Positions 11,301-26,300 of a DNA stretch of 64,000 nucleotides are shown one piece after another. Below the pieces are notes generated by a model. That model saw only the letters and a program-made list of their open reading frames with translations. It ran no database searches and was not told where the DNA came from. The stretch is from assembly GCA_013265495.1 (NCBI GenBank), contig MU058290.1, positions 248,001 to 312,000 on the forward strand, written 5' to 3'. This DNA is from Vicugna vicugna (taxonomy: Eukaryota). Numbering within the stretch: the stretch's first letter is position 1; every line of letters begins with the position of its first letter. Position numbers and translations under genes: made by a program.

Positions 11301-14300
11301 TTAATGGCTTAGTAGTATTCCATTGTATGAATATACCACAACTTCTTTATCCAGTCATCTGTCAATGAACATTTAGATTGTCTCCATGCATGATATCTTT
11401 CTTTATTCTTCTCCACCCTTCTGTAATATCCGTTTCGTTCTTCCTCACCTTCCCACAAGTTTAGCAGAGTGGTTATCTCACCTTCCTTGTACCTGAAGCC
11501 CTTGATGCACCCCATACTCCCTGATTCTCTGCTCATGACCCTGCTCTTTCTTTGCAGAAGTCGGTGATTCACAGTCGGCAGTTTCCATTCAGGTTCCTTA
11601 ATGCTCATGATTCCATCAATGCCCTTGAGGCTCAACTTGAAAAAAAAGGTATTATCTCTCTTCTTCCAACTCCTGTCTGTCTCTCGTGTCTGAGAATAGA
11701 TGAGACAGCAGCCCTGGTATTTTTCAGCCTCTTACCTTCCAGTGTCAGGGTGTGGGGCGGGCAGAGGTCAGACGCTGGCCAGCTCCCAGGGTCAGGACTC
11801 AGGACAGGTACTGATGGGAGGACAAGATGCGGAAATAGAAGCTGCCTGACTCAGATACTTCCCTGTCGCCACACAGCGTTGCCATTTCCTTCCAACACAA
11901 AACTGGTAAGGCAGATATTAATTAAAAACGCAAGATATGGCAAGAACTACTATTCCTGGCAGTCTTGCAAACCAAGTCGTCGGGAACTGCGGGCAGCCAT
12001 GATGATGCCTGTGGTATACGATCAGCTCAAGCGGGCGAAGCTGAGACTACACAAGGCCAGGTTTGTGTGTGAGTGTGTGCTAGCTGGGAGCAGAAGGTGG
12101 GCAACAAGAGGCACCCAGAAAGAGCCTGGGAGTCATCTGGGAACCCCCGCTTTTATTCTGTAAGCTCGTGCTTGTTAGTCATCCCAGTGGCTGAGACTTG
12201 CCTGGGTCAGGTTGCTTGCCCAGCGAACCTTGTCTTTGACATTGTCCTAGGGAGAACTGTGAAACCGAACCTGTGTTTGGGCCTCCACTCTGTTATCTGT
12301 GCTTGTTTCACTGGTTTCCATGTACTCTGCCCACCTGTGTGGCATTTCCCTTTCTCTTAGTGCATGAGAGTGCCTCTCTGCTTCTGCTCTGGTTCCCACT
12401 TTTCTTTCTTTTTCTTCTCTGTGATATCTGTTTGTTTTTCTTTTTCTCTCCCTCTGTGTGTTTTCTGACCCATTGACTTTCCTTTTTCTTTTGATGCATA
12501 TAAGGATAGTTATCATCAAACGGACTCAAAGTCATCATAAAACCTGTTCTGTAAGCTTGGTGAAGTCCCAGCACTCTGCCTTTTAGACATTTCCACAGTA
12601 TCTTCATTCATTTTCATTTAAGACAAATGCAGGGTTCATCTGACCTTCTAGGAGGCTCAGTGGCCAGAACTTGCCAGAATCAGTGAAATAGTGGCTGAAC
12701 ACAAGCCATTAAAGAATTAAGCCGAGAGTGAAGTTCAAACGGTATGTCTTTGCTGGCTACATGTGGCTATTGAGCACTTGAAACGTGGCTAATGGGAACT
12801 GAGATGTGCTGAATTTCGAGGACAGTGTGAAAAAAGATGTAAAATATCTCATTCATAATTTTTTGTATTAACATATTGAAATGAAAATATTTTTATATAT
12901 AAAGTTAAGTTAAATGTAATATTAAATTATTGTCTAGGGGGAGGGTATAGCTCAGTGGTAGAGTGTGTGCTTAGCATGCATGAGGTCCTGAAGATATTTT
13001 TAAAAACAAATGCCTAATAATATGATACATTTTACTTTACCCTGCTGTACTTTACATATGTCTCTTAAAACAGACATTTTCTCATATAATCAGAATGCCA
13101 TTAATATACCGAACAGAACTAAAAATAATTCCTTGGTATTACCGTTTATTATCTAGTCTATGGTCAAATTTCCCATTGTTTCAAAATATTACCTTTGAGT
13201 ATCACAGTTTATTCAAATCAGGATCCAAATAAGGCACACACACATTACAGTTAGTTATTAAGTCTCTTAAATCTCTTACAATCTTTTAATTGTTTTCATG
13301 ACATTGACTTGCTGTGAAAATCAGGTTCAAGGGGCCCCAGAGAATGTCCCACATTCTAGATTTGTCTGCTTCTTCAGTGTCATCTGATTTGTTTCTCTAT
13401 TTCATGGACCCTGGGCATTAACTCTAAAAGCTTGAATAGATTCAGATTTAACTTTTTTTTTCTTACAAGAGTATTTTGTGGATGATCCTTTGTACACTAT
13501 GAGTAAGACCACCAGAATTTTTGCCTCCTGATAGGGTAAACAGGACCAGGAGGCACAAAAAGTCCAGTGGTGGTGATTGATCCGTGCTTTTAAGTGACGA
13601 GAGCCTGATTTCTCCACTGTAAAATGAACAGTTTACCCATTGATGTTCTTGTCCTGAATCAATTGTTTCATTAGCAGTTACAGAATGAAGTTGTTTTCTA
13701 TCATTCTCTGTATTTATTACCGAGAACTCTAATAAGAACCTCCCTCATGAACTAAAGCTATTTGGTTACTTTGAAATAGAGATTGTCTTGGAAAGGTAGG
13801 AGGAATGTTCAGTTCTTTCTCCTTTGATTGCCATTTTTCAGAGTAAGAAGTTAGCATTTGTTCTTTAAACTATACTTTAAAAATAGGTGGTAGTTAAATC
13901 TTGCCTCATGAAGTAAGTATGGCTTGATGTGGTAAGCATGGCCAGCACTTTCAGAGAGGGGGTCTACAAATGACTTCCCTCCAGCCCTGAGAATGGAATA
14001 GGAGGATCCCGTAGGATGGGGGCTAGGGGAAGCTGTGGCCCTGTTTTCTCTACTGACATCGCAGACGGGCTGTGGAGGGGGAGCGGGTGAAGACTTCATA
14101 CGTGAGTGGCAAGTTTTCATCTTCCCATCTGCCTCAAAGTGGCAAACGGGGAAGCCCCTGAGCCCTCTGTCTGTATCTTTCCTGCCTGCAGACAGTGGAA
14201 ATTTGACCGTGAGATGCTAGCTCGGTATCGACAGGCCCTGGAGACAGCTGTGAACATCTCTGTTAAACACAGCCTACCGCCACTGCCAGGCCGCACCCTC

Positions 14301-17300
14301 TTGGTCTATCTGACGGATGCGGGTGCAGACAGGATCCTTCCCAAGAGCAACCCACAAGGGGTAAAAGTATAAACAGGTGGGGGTGGTTGGTAAGATGCTG
14401 GGAATCCTGAGAGGCATCCTGTTCCCGACCTGAATCTCCCATGCAAGCCCTCAGGACTAATTGGCTTCCTGACATCAGATCTTGGTTCCTATGGACAATT
14501 CCTAGAATGTGGTCTCAAGCCTGTTCATGGATTATATCAGTAACTTTTCACATTTGGCTGGTCCTTAATACTCTCTAATTTCTGTCACCAAAATACGCAT
14601 CACTTCCACCTCCTTACATCCCATTGTTGAATTTGGGCTGGGACCCTGGCCCTTCTCCACCTTCCTTCCCGGTCAGCTCTTCCTGGGGGCTGCTGAAGCT
14701 GTCCTTTCTTCACTGGGGACTTTGCCCACTTTTCCCCAGCCAGTGGAGATGTTGGCCCCCAGGGCGGGGTGGGCAGAGGTGGATTCTAAAGCAGGGGAGC
14801 CTTATTTCACTCTGATGCTTGTCCAATCAGCCCCCTCTGAACTACGTGCTGCTGCTGATTGGGATGATGGTGGCTCGGGCAGAGCAGGTGGACCTCTTGC
14901 TGTGTGGAGGAAGCACTGTGAAGGCTGTTGCGATTAAGGCAGAAGAAGGTATCCTGAAGACTGCCACAGATCTCCAAGCTCAAGTCCAGGTTGGACCCCC
15001 ACCCCTACCACGTGGACATATATGAATGGACAGAGGCCTGAGAACAGCCTGATTAGTCAGGAAGGGCTTGGATATTCTCAGGTTTGAGGATTTCCCGAAC
15101 AGACCGTAATGTTTGTCACTTACTGACCGTTTCCTATGCAGCCACATGACATGAGTCTCTTTCCTTCAGGAGTTGGATGAAAAGTATGAATGGTCCCTGC
15201 CTACTTTGGGGAAGCACTTGCTGTCCCTGGCTACCCAAAGGGTCCCTGTGAGTACTGCCCAGTCCCTGAGAAACCCCATCCTCCCCTACATTTTCCTCCA
15301 CACAATGTATCTTATTTCTCAAAGCTTCCTTGCAAGCTATGCACAATACCCTGCTGGCTGTGACCCCTAACTCAGGGTATGCTGGGAGATATTTAACAAC
15401 CAGCAATCTGGAAACATAAGTCTTAGTTAATAGCATTTGCTAATTTCCATGGTGTAAATACGCCTTCCATGGCTGATCTCAAGCTACCAACATGCTGTCA
15501 GTGAACACAGAGTTGGGAGGAGGTGCTCAGGAGCACACCTTTATATAGTATTCCCACAATATAGATAAAATAGATGTAAGTAACTTCAAGAGTAGATAAT
15601 GGTGAAATGTAGTAAAATAATTAGGAAGTGATGACTTTTTAGTGTCTATTACCTTTGTGTTTAATATATTCAATTGTAATCTTACACAATTTAATATTTA
15701 GTGGTGGCCATGCTTAACAGCTGGCTCACAGAATTCCTAAAAGTTTGACAGTAAGTTCTTGTGAGCCTGAATGAGCCAGCTTCACACTATCACTACCTCA
15801 AACTCTATTTTTTATTAAAAATTTAAAAAAACTTTATATACTTTTTAAAGATTACTTTCTATATACAATTATTATAAAATACTGGCTATATTCCCTATTG
15901 TACAATACATGCTGGAGCTTATTCTTACACCCAATAATTTGTACCTCCCACTCCGCCACCCCTACATTGCCCCTGCCCCTAAATGGTAACCACTGGTTTG
16001 TTCTCTGTACCTGTTGAGTCTGCTTCTTTTTTGTTTTATTCACTAGTTTGTTGTAATTTTTAGATTCCCCAATATAAGTGATATCATACAAAATTTGTCT
16101 TTCTCTGTCTGACTTATTTTGCTTAGCATAATGCCCTCCAGGTCCATCCATGTTGCTGCAAATGGCAGAACATCATTCTTTTTTATGGCTGAGTAATAGT
16201 CCATTGTATATATACACACCTCATCTTCTTTATCCAGTCACCTGTTGCTGGGCACTTAGGTTGCTTCTATATCTTGGTAATCCCACACTCCACTTTGATG
16301 CCCTTCAAGTCAGGGTATAGTGGCTTTTTGCAGCTTAGGTGCTCTCAGGAATGGCCGTTTCTACCCGCCACAGAGTCCTCCTGATCCCCTAGTTCTGAGA
16401 GATCTCTTCTCTTGATGTCCTGAGCTCTTTGCCACCTCTGCTATCCCTCTGTTCCTGGTCTCAGCCCCTCCCCTTTTGTCTTACAGGTGGACAGGGTCAT
16501 CGTCTTTGGCCAAAAGATGGATGAGAAATCGATAAATGCGGCCAAACAGCTTTTCTGGCAGCATGTGAATCCCAAGTGCCTCTTTGTTGGTGTTCTCCTG
16601 AGAAGGACGGACTACCTGTGAGGGCGCTCGCACTCCTTCCCCGGTGCCAGCGGAGAGTGATCCGTGTTTCTTGCCTACCCTACTAAAGCTCAGGACACTC
16701 CTACTCGCCAGGCCCCTCTTTGTTTCTACCTCTTACCTCTGTTGTGCTTCAAGTGCTGGAACTTTCCCTGAAGCCTTCAGCCTGGCTCCGTACCCCTTTG
16801 TGATGGTCTGCCCCAGTCCCAGCCTAGCACAGAACCCTAGTAAAAGTGCAGAGGTGGGGTGTCCATCTTGGAGTGTTAGAGGCAGTGACTCTGTGTTCTT
16901 GGCACTGTTTTTGACCAGTAGTGACTGCTTCTTCCTTTGCCAGATATCAAGATTTGAATCCCAATGACGTGACTCTCTCAGGCTGTACTGACGGGATACT
17001 GAAGTGAGTACAGGATGGACACTGAAGAGGCTGGGGCACCTTCTGTCTTGTTGCTCTACCATCCTCAAATATTCTCCTTCTACCTCATAGTTCAAGATGG
17101 CTGCTCCAGCTCCGGCCATCATTTTTGTATTACATCTAGTAGGAAAGGAGAAAAGGGGACATGGGAGATTGTACTGTTTGCTTTTAAGGGAATAACTCAA
17201 AGAGTTGGTCACGTCACTTCTGTTCATTCTCTGTGGCCTCTGTTCCCATTCCATTTCAGAGGAAATCCTTTGTTCACTTTATTCAATTATGCCAAATCCA

Positions 17301-20300
17301 ACGAAATCTTTTAACTTTCTCTTTCTCTCTACCACTAGGCTTCCCATTTACTTGTTTCCTCCCCTGCCTTTTCCTTTGGATGCCACACATTGTCCCCCAC
17401 TCCTGTTAGGAAGCCTCATGCACTTCCCTGCTTCTCCAGGGAGCTTTCACGGCTGGTACAGGGCTGATCAAGCCCAGACTGGCATGACCTTAATTTGTAT
17501 CCCTTCTTTCAGCCCAGTTGCCCCTGGCCCAACAGAAAGCCTATAATAGCCATGCACACAGCAGAAGGGGCTGTGACTGGGTTTCTTCTCTGTCCCTTCA
17601 TTCCTGTGGTTCTGCTGTCTCGCTGATATCCAGTCTACACTTACTGTATATTGTCAACTTGTTAAGCAGCCCCACTTCACTGGGTGGCCTAATCTAGCCA
17701 TATCTTTGTCCCCGGCCCTCTTGGAAGATCTTCCTGAGTCTCCGCTATTTCTCTCTCACTTATTTTGTCGCTCTTTATGTCAGGTTCATCGCAGAGCGTG
17801 GGGCCTCCCGCCTTCTAGAACATGTAGGCCAAATGGACAAAATATTCAAGATTCCACCTCCCCCAGGAAAGACAGGGGTCCAGTCTCTCCGGCCACTGGA
17901 AGAGAGTACTCCAAGCCCCCTGGCTCCTATTTCCCAGCTTGGGTCAGTCTGTGTTTTGGCCTTTGTGAGTTGGGAGGGGCTTCTGTTTGAACCTGGAGAA
18001 ATGGGTGCCTGCGGTTCTGGCTGTTGAGATGCTGCTGCTTGTATTCACTGAGGTCTGTGTCCTCTTCCCCAGGCAGGGGTTTCTTGAACACAGGAAATTG
18101 TCTGATGGTGAGCACACACCCCCTTTCTCTACTAGGGAAAGGGGGTTAGAATGTGAGGTGGGCAGCAGGCACTGGGGACATACAGCCAGGGCTCAGGCAG
18201 AGGGCTTCAGGGCGCAGGCTCTGGCTCTGCCATCCTGGCTCTGCCAAATAGTCGCTTGAAACATGGGCTAGTTGCTTGATGTCTTTAGCTGTAGTTTCTT
18301 GACCAGTAAAATGGAGATGATGATTGTGCTCACCTCACAGTGCTGTCGTGAGCATTTCACCGGCAGATAGTAGGTGCATAATAATTATTGCTGACACAGG
18401 ACGGGTGCATGAGACATGGCAAGTGGGGTTTAATTTCCAGGGCCCTGCAGTTGAGGTGCTAAGCAGGGTATTCTGGGCCCATGCTCAGTGCAGAAGAGCA
18501 GACACAGCCCCATCTGTGGAGCTGGGCTGTGGGGCTGACCCCTAGTTTGCCCGCAGATGGCGCAGCATCCGGCTTTTCATTTCCTCCACCTTCCGGGACA
18601 TGCATGGGGAGCGGGACCTGCTGCTGAGGTCCCTGCTGCCCGCACTGCAGGCCCGAGCGGACCCCTACTGCATCAGCCTTCACGCCATCGACCTGCGCTG
18701 GGGTGTCACCGAGGAGGAGACCCGTCGGAACAGGTCACAGGGAAGAGGGGCTGGGTCGCGGCTGAGGGGCTTGAGAGGTGGAACTGGTGTGGGCAGGGTT
18801 GGGGCTGCGAGGATGGCTGAGGGCTGCGGGCAGGGGGTTGCTCCTTGGATGCTGTGGGCTGTGAGCCAGGACTCCATCTCCCTGACGCGGTGTCCCCCTA
18901 ACCATCCTGCAGACAACTGGAAGTGTGCCTCGGGGAGGTGGAGAACTCGCAGCTGTTTGTGGGGATCCTGGGCTCCCGCTATGGCTACGTTCCCCCCAGC
19001 TACAGCCTCCCTGACCATCCTCACTTCCGCTGGGTAAGTCAGACAAAACTGGAACAGGATCTGGGGAGGAAACAAAGGTCGGGGTGGGGGTGAGAGAAGC
19101 CAACGTGTGTTCAGAACCCTGGGACTATGCACAGGCAGACCCTTGGGACTTGAAACAGGCAGATGGTTCTGTGAGTGACCAAGTCCTAGATGCGGGAATT
19201 CCTTTGAGAGATACCTGTGGCTTGGCTCTGGGATGTGAGAAGTAAGCGGTAGGTCTGTTTAGGTTTTGCTATCAGACAACCGGGTTCTGATCTCCCTTCT
19301 GCCTGTGAAAAACAGTTTAGAGTAATCTAGCCTCAATTCTTCATATATTGAGACGAAACCATGACATCTATATTGTAAGGTTATTGTGAGAATTAGAAAT
19401 CTATTTAAAAAAATGCTCAACCTGTCATAGGCATTCACTGAACGTTGAGCTATTAGCTGCATTCTGTTGGCTTGTGTCTGGAGGGAGAGAGGCGCATTAC
19501 TGAGATGAAGGGGCCCTGGCGTCTTGGCAGGTCTCACGGAGGGGCTAGTGTGACCAGCACTAGCATGCCTGCTCTCTGTCCTCTCCTTGCAGGCCCAGCA
19601 GTACCCTTCAGGTCGCTCTGTGACAGAGATGGAGGTGATGCAGTTCCTGAATCGGGGCCTCCGCCTGCAGCCCTCTGCCCAACCTCTCATCTACTTCCGG
19701 GATTCCAGCTTCCTCAGGTACCTTCTGTTGCCTCCAGGCCTTGGTCTCCGCAGAAGGCCAGACTGGCTCAGTGGACATGTCTTCCCTGCCCGACAGTCAG
19801 AGTATCAGAGGGGGGCTTGGAAGAGAGAAACAGGGACCAGAGAACTTGCCTTGCAGCACCAAAGCAGCCTTGTAGCCGAAGTCGGGAGATCTCCAGTTGA
19901 GTTTCAGGGAATTACAGCCAGGTCTGGTGGTTGGAGGTAGAGAGAGGCTGGGGTCTGAGTCCAGCCCCACTCTTGGGGTATCTTTGGTGGTCAGCTCTGT
20001 ACCGGATGCCTGGAAATCTGACTTTACTTCTGAGTCTGAAGAGGCTGCACTTCGGATCTCAGAACTGAAGAGCTACCTGAGCAGACAGAAAGGGATCACC
20101 TGTCGCAGGTGAGCTGGGAGAGGGGGAGCGCACCTGCAGGGAGAGATGGGAGGGGGGCCAGGCCTGCTCTGACTGCTTGTGCTTGCTTTGCCCACAGATA
20201 CCCCTGTGAGTGGGGTGGGGTGGCAGCTGGCCGGCCCTACGTTGTAGGGCTGGAGGAGTTTGGGCAGCTGGTTCTGCAGGATGTATGGAGTATGATCCAG

Positions 20301-23300
20301 AAGCTTTACCTCCAGGTCAGTAGGAGTGCTGGTGGCTAGGGGAGTGGACTAGGGGAGGGTGGTCTGGATAGTCCTGGGCGAGAAGTAACTTGGTGGGAGC
20401 TCTGTGAGTTTTAGGCCTGGGGTCCTGAGGAGCACGGAAACATAGATATTCACTTCCCCATGTGCCCTCAGCCTGGGGCCCAGCCAGAGCAGCCAGCATC
20501 CATCCCAGATGATGACGTGGTTCAGGCCACCTTCCAGCAGCTGCAGACCCCACCGAGTCCTGCCCGGCCGCGCCTTCTTTGGGACACAGTTCAGCAGCTG
20601 ATGCAGCACCAAGGGGGCCTGAGCCTGGTGACCGGACAGTCGGGACAGGGCAAGACTGCCTTCCTGGTACAGTCTCAGAGGCCTGGGAGGGAGGGACGGC
20701 TGTGTGAGCTGAGGAAGGCTAAGGAGGTGGGGCCCAGGGAGCTTGTGCGTATGAAATGTGACCATGTTTTCTGTCCTCTTCCCATGCAGGCGTCCCTTGT
20801 GTCGGCCCTACAGGCTCCTGATGGGGCCACAGTGGCCCCCTTAGTCTTCTTCCACTTTTCAGGGGCCCGCCCTGACCAGGCTCTTGCCTTCATCCTGCTC
20901 AGACGCCTCTGTGCCTATCTGCATAGCCGGCTGCAAGAGCCAAGTGCCCTCCCCAACACCTACCGGTGTGTTTCCCCCCATTAGCCCAGCCTTGTGGGTA
21001 CCACGTGGCACCACCCCTGCTGACCCTGGTCCTTCCCTCCATACACAGGGGCCTGGTGTGGGAGCTGCAGCAGAGGCTGCTGCCCAAGGCTGCTCAGTCC
21101 CTGAAAAGTGGCCAGCCTCTGGTGCTGATCATCGATGGGGCTGACAGGTTGGTAGACGAGCACGGGCAGCTGATCTCAGACTGGATCCCAAAGACCCTTC
21201 CCCGGGTGAGTGTGAGAAGGAGGTGGGGGTGGGATGCAGTAGGGAGGAGAAGGGCCTCTCCAACAATGTTCTCCTCCTTTTCCTTCTTCATCTCTTACCC
21301 TGTTGCCCAAATACCCCAGTGGGTGCACCTGGTGCTGAGCGTGTCTAGTGATTCAGGCCTGAGGGAGACCCTAGAGCAGAGCCAAGGTGCCCGTGTGGTG
21401 GCCCTGGGGCCCCTGGAGCCATCTGCCCGGGCCTGCCTGGTGCGAGAGGAGCTGGCTCTGTATGGGAAGCGGCTGGAGGAGTCACCTTTTAACAACCAGG
21501 TTGGACATAGGCCAGGGCTGGTCGGTGTGCGGGGTGTGTCTGGGAGCTGGGAGGACCCTGGGACCAACTCCTCCACTTTCTCAGGAACTCTGTGCCAGGG
21601 GAAGTTGTTAATAAGATAACTGTGATTCTCTATATAATTATATCACCCAATCCTTTCCCCCGGTGAATGGCCTCTCCAGGGCCTGTCTGGGCAAGGTGAG
21701 GAGGAAGCTGTGGTTGCCAAGTGGGGTTGGCCGAACCCTGGCATTTCCATGAGAGCACGGCGGGCTGGGCAGAGCCATATAGGGAAGGGATGGCCGTGTC
21801 CTGAGGCAGTGCCATGGATCTCTGCCCTGGTGGGGGCTCTCAGAGGAGACACTGCCCGCAGTGGGATTAGTGCCGGGGTGGAGGGCAGGGCGGACGGTTG
21901 GCTGTGGGCAGGCTCTGGTGCTCGCCCTGAGTCCTCTGAGTCTCATCAGATGCGGCTGCTGCTGGTGAAGCGGGGCTCAGCCCTGCCACTCTACCTGCGC
22001 TTGGTCACTGATCACCTGAGGCTCTTCACGCTCTATGATCAGGTCAGTTGAGGATGTAAGCCTCACTCCTCAGCCAAATCCTAATCCTGCTTCCCATTCT
22101 CCATTCAGCCTCTTTCGTCCCCGTCCCTCACTTTCTCCCACCCTCATCCTTTGCCACCTTGTGATCACCCTTCCCCATCCTCACGACCCCTCACCCCGAG
22201 TTTTTCTTTCCTTTTCCTCCCTTCCCACCGCTTCTCCTGCTGCCCCTCCCTGACCACAACCAAAGCTGTGTTTCCCCATCCGCTCATTGACCACAGCCCC
22301 TCCTCCTCCTCTCCCAGGTGTCCGAGAGACTCCAGACCCTGCCTGCCACCATCCCCCTGCTGTTGCAGCACATCCTGGGCACCCTGGAGCAAGAGCATGG
22401 CCCCGATGTCCTTCCTCAAGCTCTGGCCACTCTTGAGGTCACACGCAGTGGTCAGTGCTTGGAATGGGCTTGGGTTGGATGACCTTGGTTGTATTTGGGT
22501 CTCAGCAAGCAGTGCAAGGAGGGACTAGGTGTCGTGGGGATGGGTGCGCTGTGTGGTTTAGGGCCTCAGAGAACTTGGGTTTTCAGGTCTAACTGTGGAC
22601 CAGTTGCATGGAGTGTTGAGTGCGTGGCGGATGCTGCCCAGGGGGCCCAAGACCTGGGAAGAAGCAGTGGCTGCTGGTAACACTGGAGACCCTTACCCTA
22701 TGGGCCCGTTTGCCTACCTCGTCCAGAGTCTGCGCAGGTACGGGTGCCCCCAGCTGAGCTTCCACTGACTTCTTGTGTCTCCCTGTCTTTGAGCCAGGGC
22801 CCCATGTGAGCCTCTCTTCTTCCCCTTCCCTCGGGATAGCCCCGACACCTGTCTCCTAGACCCTGAATGGCTGTCACTCAGGTTGCCACTGTTTGAGGTG
22901 GGAATGGGAACCCACAGCTGTGCCAGGATGCTCACTGACAGGACTCTTCCCTCTTCTCTGCTGCCTTCTCCCCCCAACACGGGGTCAGGTTGCTAGGGGA
23001 GGGCCCCCTGGAGCGCCCTGGCGCCCGGCTTTGCCTCCTTGATGGGCCCCTCAGAGCAGCAGCTAAGTGTCGCTATGGGAAGAGGCGGGAGCTGGAGAAG
23101 ATGGCGCACATCTTCATTGCAGGTGACTGCAGCCTTGTTAACCCCGGGCGCTGAGCACAGGGCCTGGACCTGGAGGCCGGGGTCACCCACTTGGGGCTCC
23201 CCATTGGCTGGCCCCTCGCCACCCCAGCGGGTGGGTGGCTCTCTCTGTAGCCTGAGGGATGTGATCTTTGAAGATGCTTCAGGGCCCAGTCCGTTTCAAG

Positions 23301-26300
23301 TCTGTTCCTGTGACCCACACCTGCAGCTCAGCTCTGGAAGACGTGTGACCCTGATGCCTCAGGTGCCTTCCGAACTTGCCCTCCTGAAGCTCTGGGAGAC
23401 CTGCCTTATCACCTGGTTAGTCCCCAGATCCTATAGGCAACTTCTCCCAAGGAATGGCTTTTGGCTGTTCTGCCGTCTCCTCTTTGACCACCACCACCAT
23501 TTCCACCACTGTTAACCCCTCCACCCAAGCTCCCTCTACCTTTTTCCTTTCGGTTTTCCTGCCTTCCCCCTTCAGGTCCTTTGTCCCAGCTCCTACGACT
23601 ACATCTTGGCAGCACAGGCAGGGTGCAAGACTGGACTGTCCCCCTCACCAGCCTCATCACATCCCTAATGAATCCAATCTGACTTTCTCAGCTCCAGAGT
23701 GGGAACCGGGGCCTTCTTGCAATGTTCCTCACCAGTCTCCACGTGGTAGCTGCACACTTGGAACTGGGCCTGATCCCTCGGCTCCTGGAGGCGCATGCCC
23801 TCTATGGTGAGATGAGTTACTGAGTGGCATCTTCTCTGAGCTCTGGGCTCCTGGGAGTGTGGGAGGCCTGCTCAGAGCGAGATATAATAGAAAGCACACT
23901 TGAATTTCTATTCCAAACTGAGAATGCCAAGATGCTAAGCAAGTGATTCTTAGGAGACCTTTTGCTTAAGTCTCTTAAACCAGCGGTTCACACGTTTTAT
24001 TTAGTGGGTGTAAAATTACTTGGGAAACTTGTTTAAATTGCTAATCCCACGGTCCCCAGATTCTGGTTCCCTAGGTCTGGAGGGAGGCCCAAAGCTTTGT
24101 ACTTTTAAAGGATGTTCCTGATGTGGGACCAGAGGGCCACACCTTGAGACTTACCATTTTAGACCCATCATATGGTTGACTTGGTGCTGGGGTTAATGGG
24201 GGTCCCGCTTGCTCCCAGTGACATGGTACCTCTCTTCTATAGCTTCCTCAGTCCCCGAAGAGGAGCAGAAGCTTCCTGAGGCTGATGTTGCTATATTTCA
24301 CACCTTCCTGAGGCAGCAGGCTCCAGTCCTCAGCCAGCACCCACTGCTCCTGCACCAGCAGGCCGCCAACCAGCCTCAGGACTCGCCACTTTGCCGCCAG
24401 GCCCGCCAGCTCTCCCAGCGATGGCACCTCCAGCACACGCTACGTTGGCTTAACAAACCCCAGACCCTGGGGCGCCAGCAAAGGTAAAGCCCTTGACCCC
24501 AGATGCTGGCAAGCCCACCAAAGAGCACGCTGCAGCCCTCTCTCAAACTGGAGGAAAAAAGAACAGACTGGAATCACCGAGAAGAGGGGGACTCAGGCGC
24601 AGAAATGCAGAAACGAGTTCCTGTCCGCTTCCTGCCCCCTCATTCCTCCTTTCCTCCCTTTCTTGCTGTTTTTCCCCCAGCTCCAGCCTGTCCCTGGCAC
24701 TTTCCTCAGCCCCCACGGCTGTGGCCTTCTCCCCCAACGGGCAAAGAGCAGCTGTGGGCACTGCCAATGGGACGGTTTACCTGTTGGACCTGAGAACCTG
24801 GCAGGTAGGGCCCTAGACAAGTCCAGCCCAGCCATTAGCACCTGCTGGATTCACAGCCTTACTTCCTTCACATCAGATCTCAAGGGCTTGGTCAGAAAAA
24901 TCCTTCCCGCTGGAAATATTTGCTGTCTCCCTTCTACTCAAGGCACCGTACTAAGCAGAGCAAGGAACACAGAGCTTAGGACATTGTCTGTGCCCACCAA
25001 GCCTCAGTTTTGTTGAAAGTTAAGGCATACAAGGTGAAAAAGGAACCAAAACACAGCCATGTGACGTAGGTGAGAGCTGAGTGAGCGCTTACCGGAGGAC
25101 GTAGGTTGGAGATGGGCAGGCATTCCGGGCTGAGTGAGGAGCCTGAGCAAAGCCATTGGGGAAGGTTTCCTGTAAACTGCTGGGGATGATCACAGCAGAG
25201 GGGGCTTAAGGGAGGGTGGGAGAGGTTAGGCTGGGGAGGTGGGCCCACAGTCACAGCCGCTCTCTCCTTGTCCACCCGTATCACCCCCCCCATATATATG
25301 CATGTGTATAGTGTCATTACTTCCACAGACCCATCAAAATCTGTGACTTAGGGATACATACGGGGTTTGAAGTTGGGGAGAAGATGTGACCTCACTTGTA
25401 TCATGAGGTCCCACTTGAACCTGAGCTTGGCCTAGGTCTGAAGGGGGCCCAAAGCTTTGCACTGGTAACAGGTGGGCCCAGAGGGCCAGTCTCTGAGATG
25501 CAGGCAGGGAATGTGACGGGACAAGGGCCCAGCCCTTCTTGCCATTGCCTCCTTCCTGGTTGGGGCACGGAGTGGCTGGACACGGGGTGGTCGGGGAGCA
25601 CCCGGAGTGTGCTTTTCCTGCTCGCTGTCACAGGAGGAGAGGTCTGTGGTGAGTGGCTGTGATGGGGTCTCCTCTTGTTCGTTCCTCTCGGATGACACCC
25701 TCTTTCTTACTGCCTTTGATGGGCTCCTGGAGCTCTGGGACCTGCAGCATGGTTGCCGGTAAGTGCCACTCCCCACTTCTCTCCCCGCCCTGCCCTGTGT
25801 CTCCTTGTTGGAAGCCCAGGGGAGGGGAGAGGGGAGGGAGCCTGTGGCTCTGGCGCTGTCTCCCTGGGGTAGGGTGCTCCAGACCAAGGCTCACCAGTAC
25901 CAGGTCACTGGCTGCTGCCTGAGCCCAGACCGCCGGCTGCTGGCCACCGTGTGCCTTGGGGGATGCCTGAAGGTAACAGCCGGGGGCCGGGGGCCGGGGG
26001 CCATGCAGGTGGAAGTGGCCCCACGCGGAGTCAGCCCTGTGAGGTTGCTCTCAGTGGGGCAGGGGCTCTGACTGCTTACCTGCTGAGGGCAGGGGACTGG
26101 ACCAGGTGGCCCCTGAAGCTCTGGGACGGAGACACTCAGGCATCTGTATTCAGACTCTGATTCCTCCTCCCTTTCTCGCTCCTCCAGCTGTGGGACACAG
26201 TCCATGGGCAGCTGGCCTCCCAGCACACCTGTCCCAAGCCCCTGAACTGCATTGCTTTCCACCCAGAGGGGCAGATTGTAGCCATTGGAAGCTGGGCTGG

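Larger units (their letters stand above)
4093..14360 (+). other. TEP1: TEP1 exons encoding the TROVE (Ro60-like, RNA-binding) region; boundaries approximate
   Basis: Motifs [50 protein letters not shown] and [11 protein letters not shown]. Confidence 0.8.
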
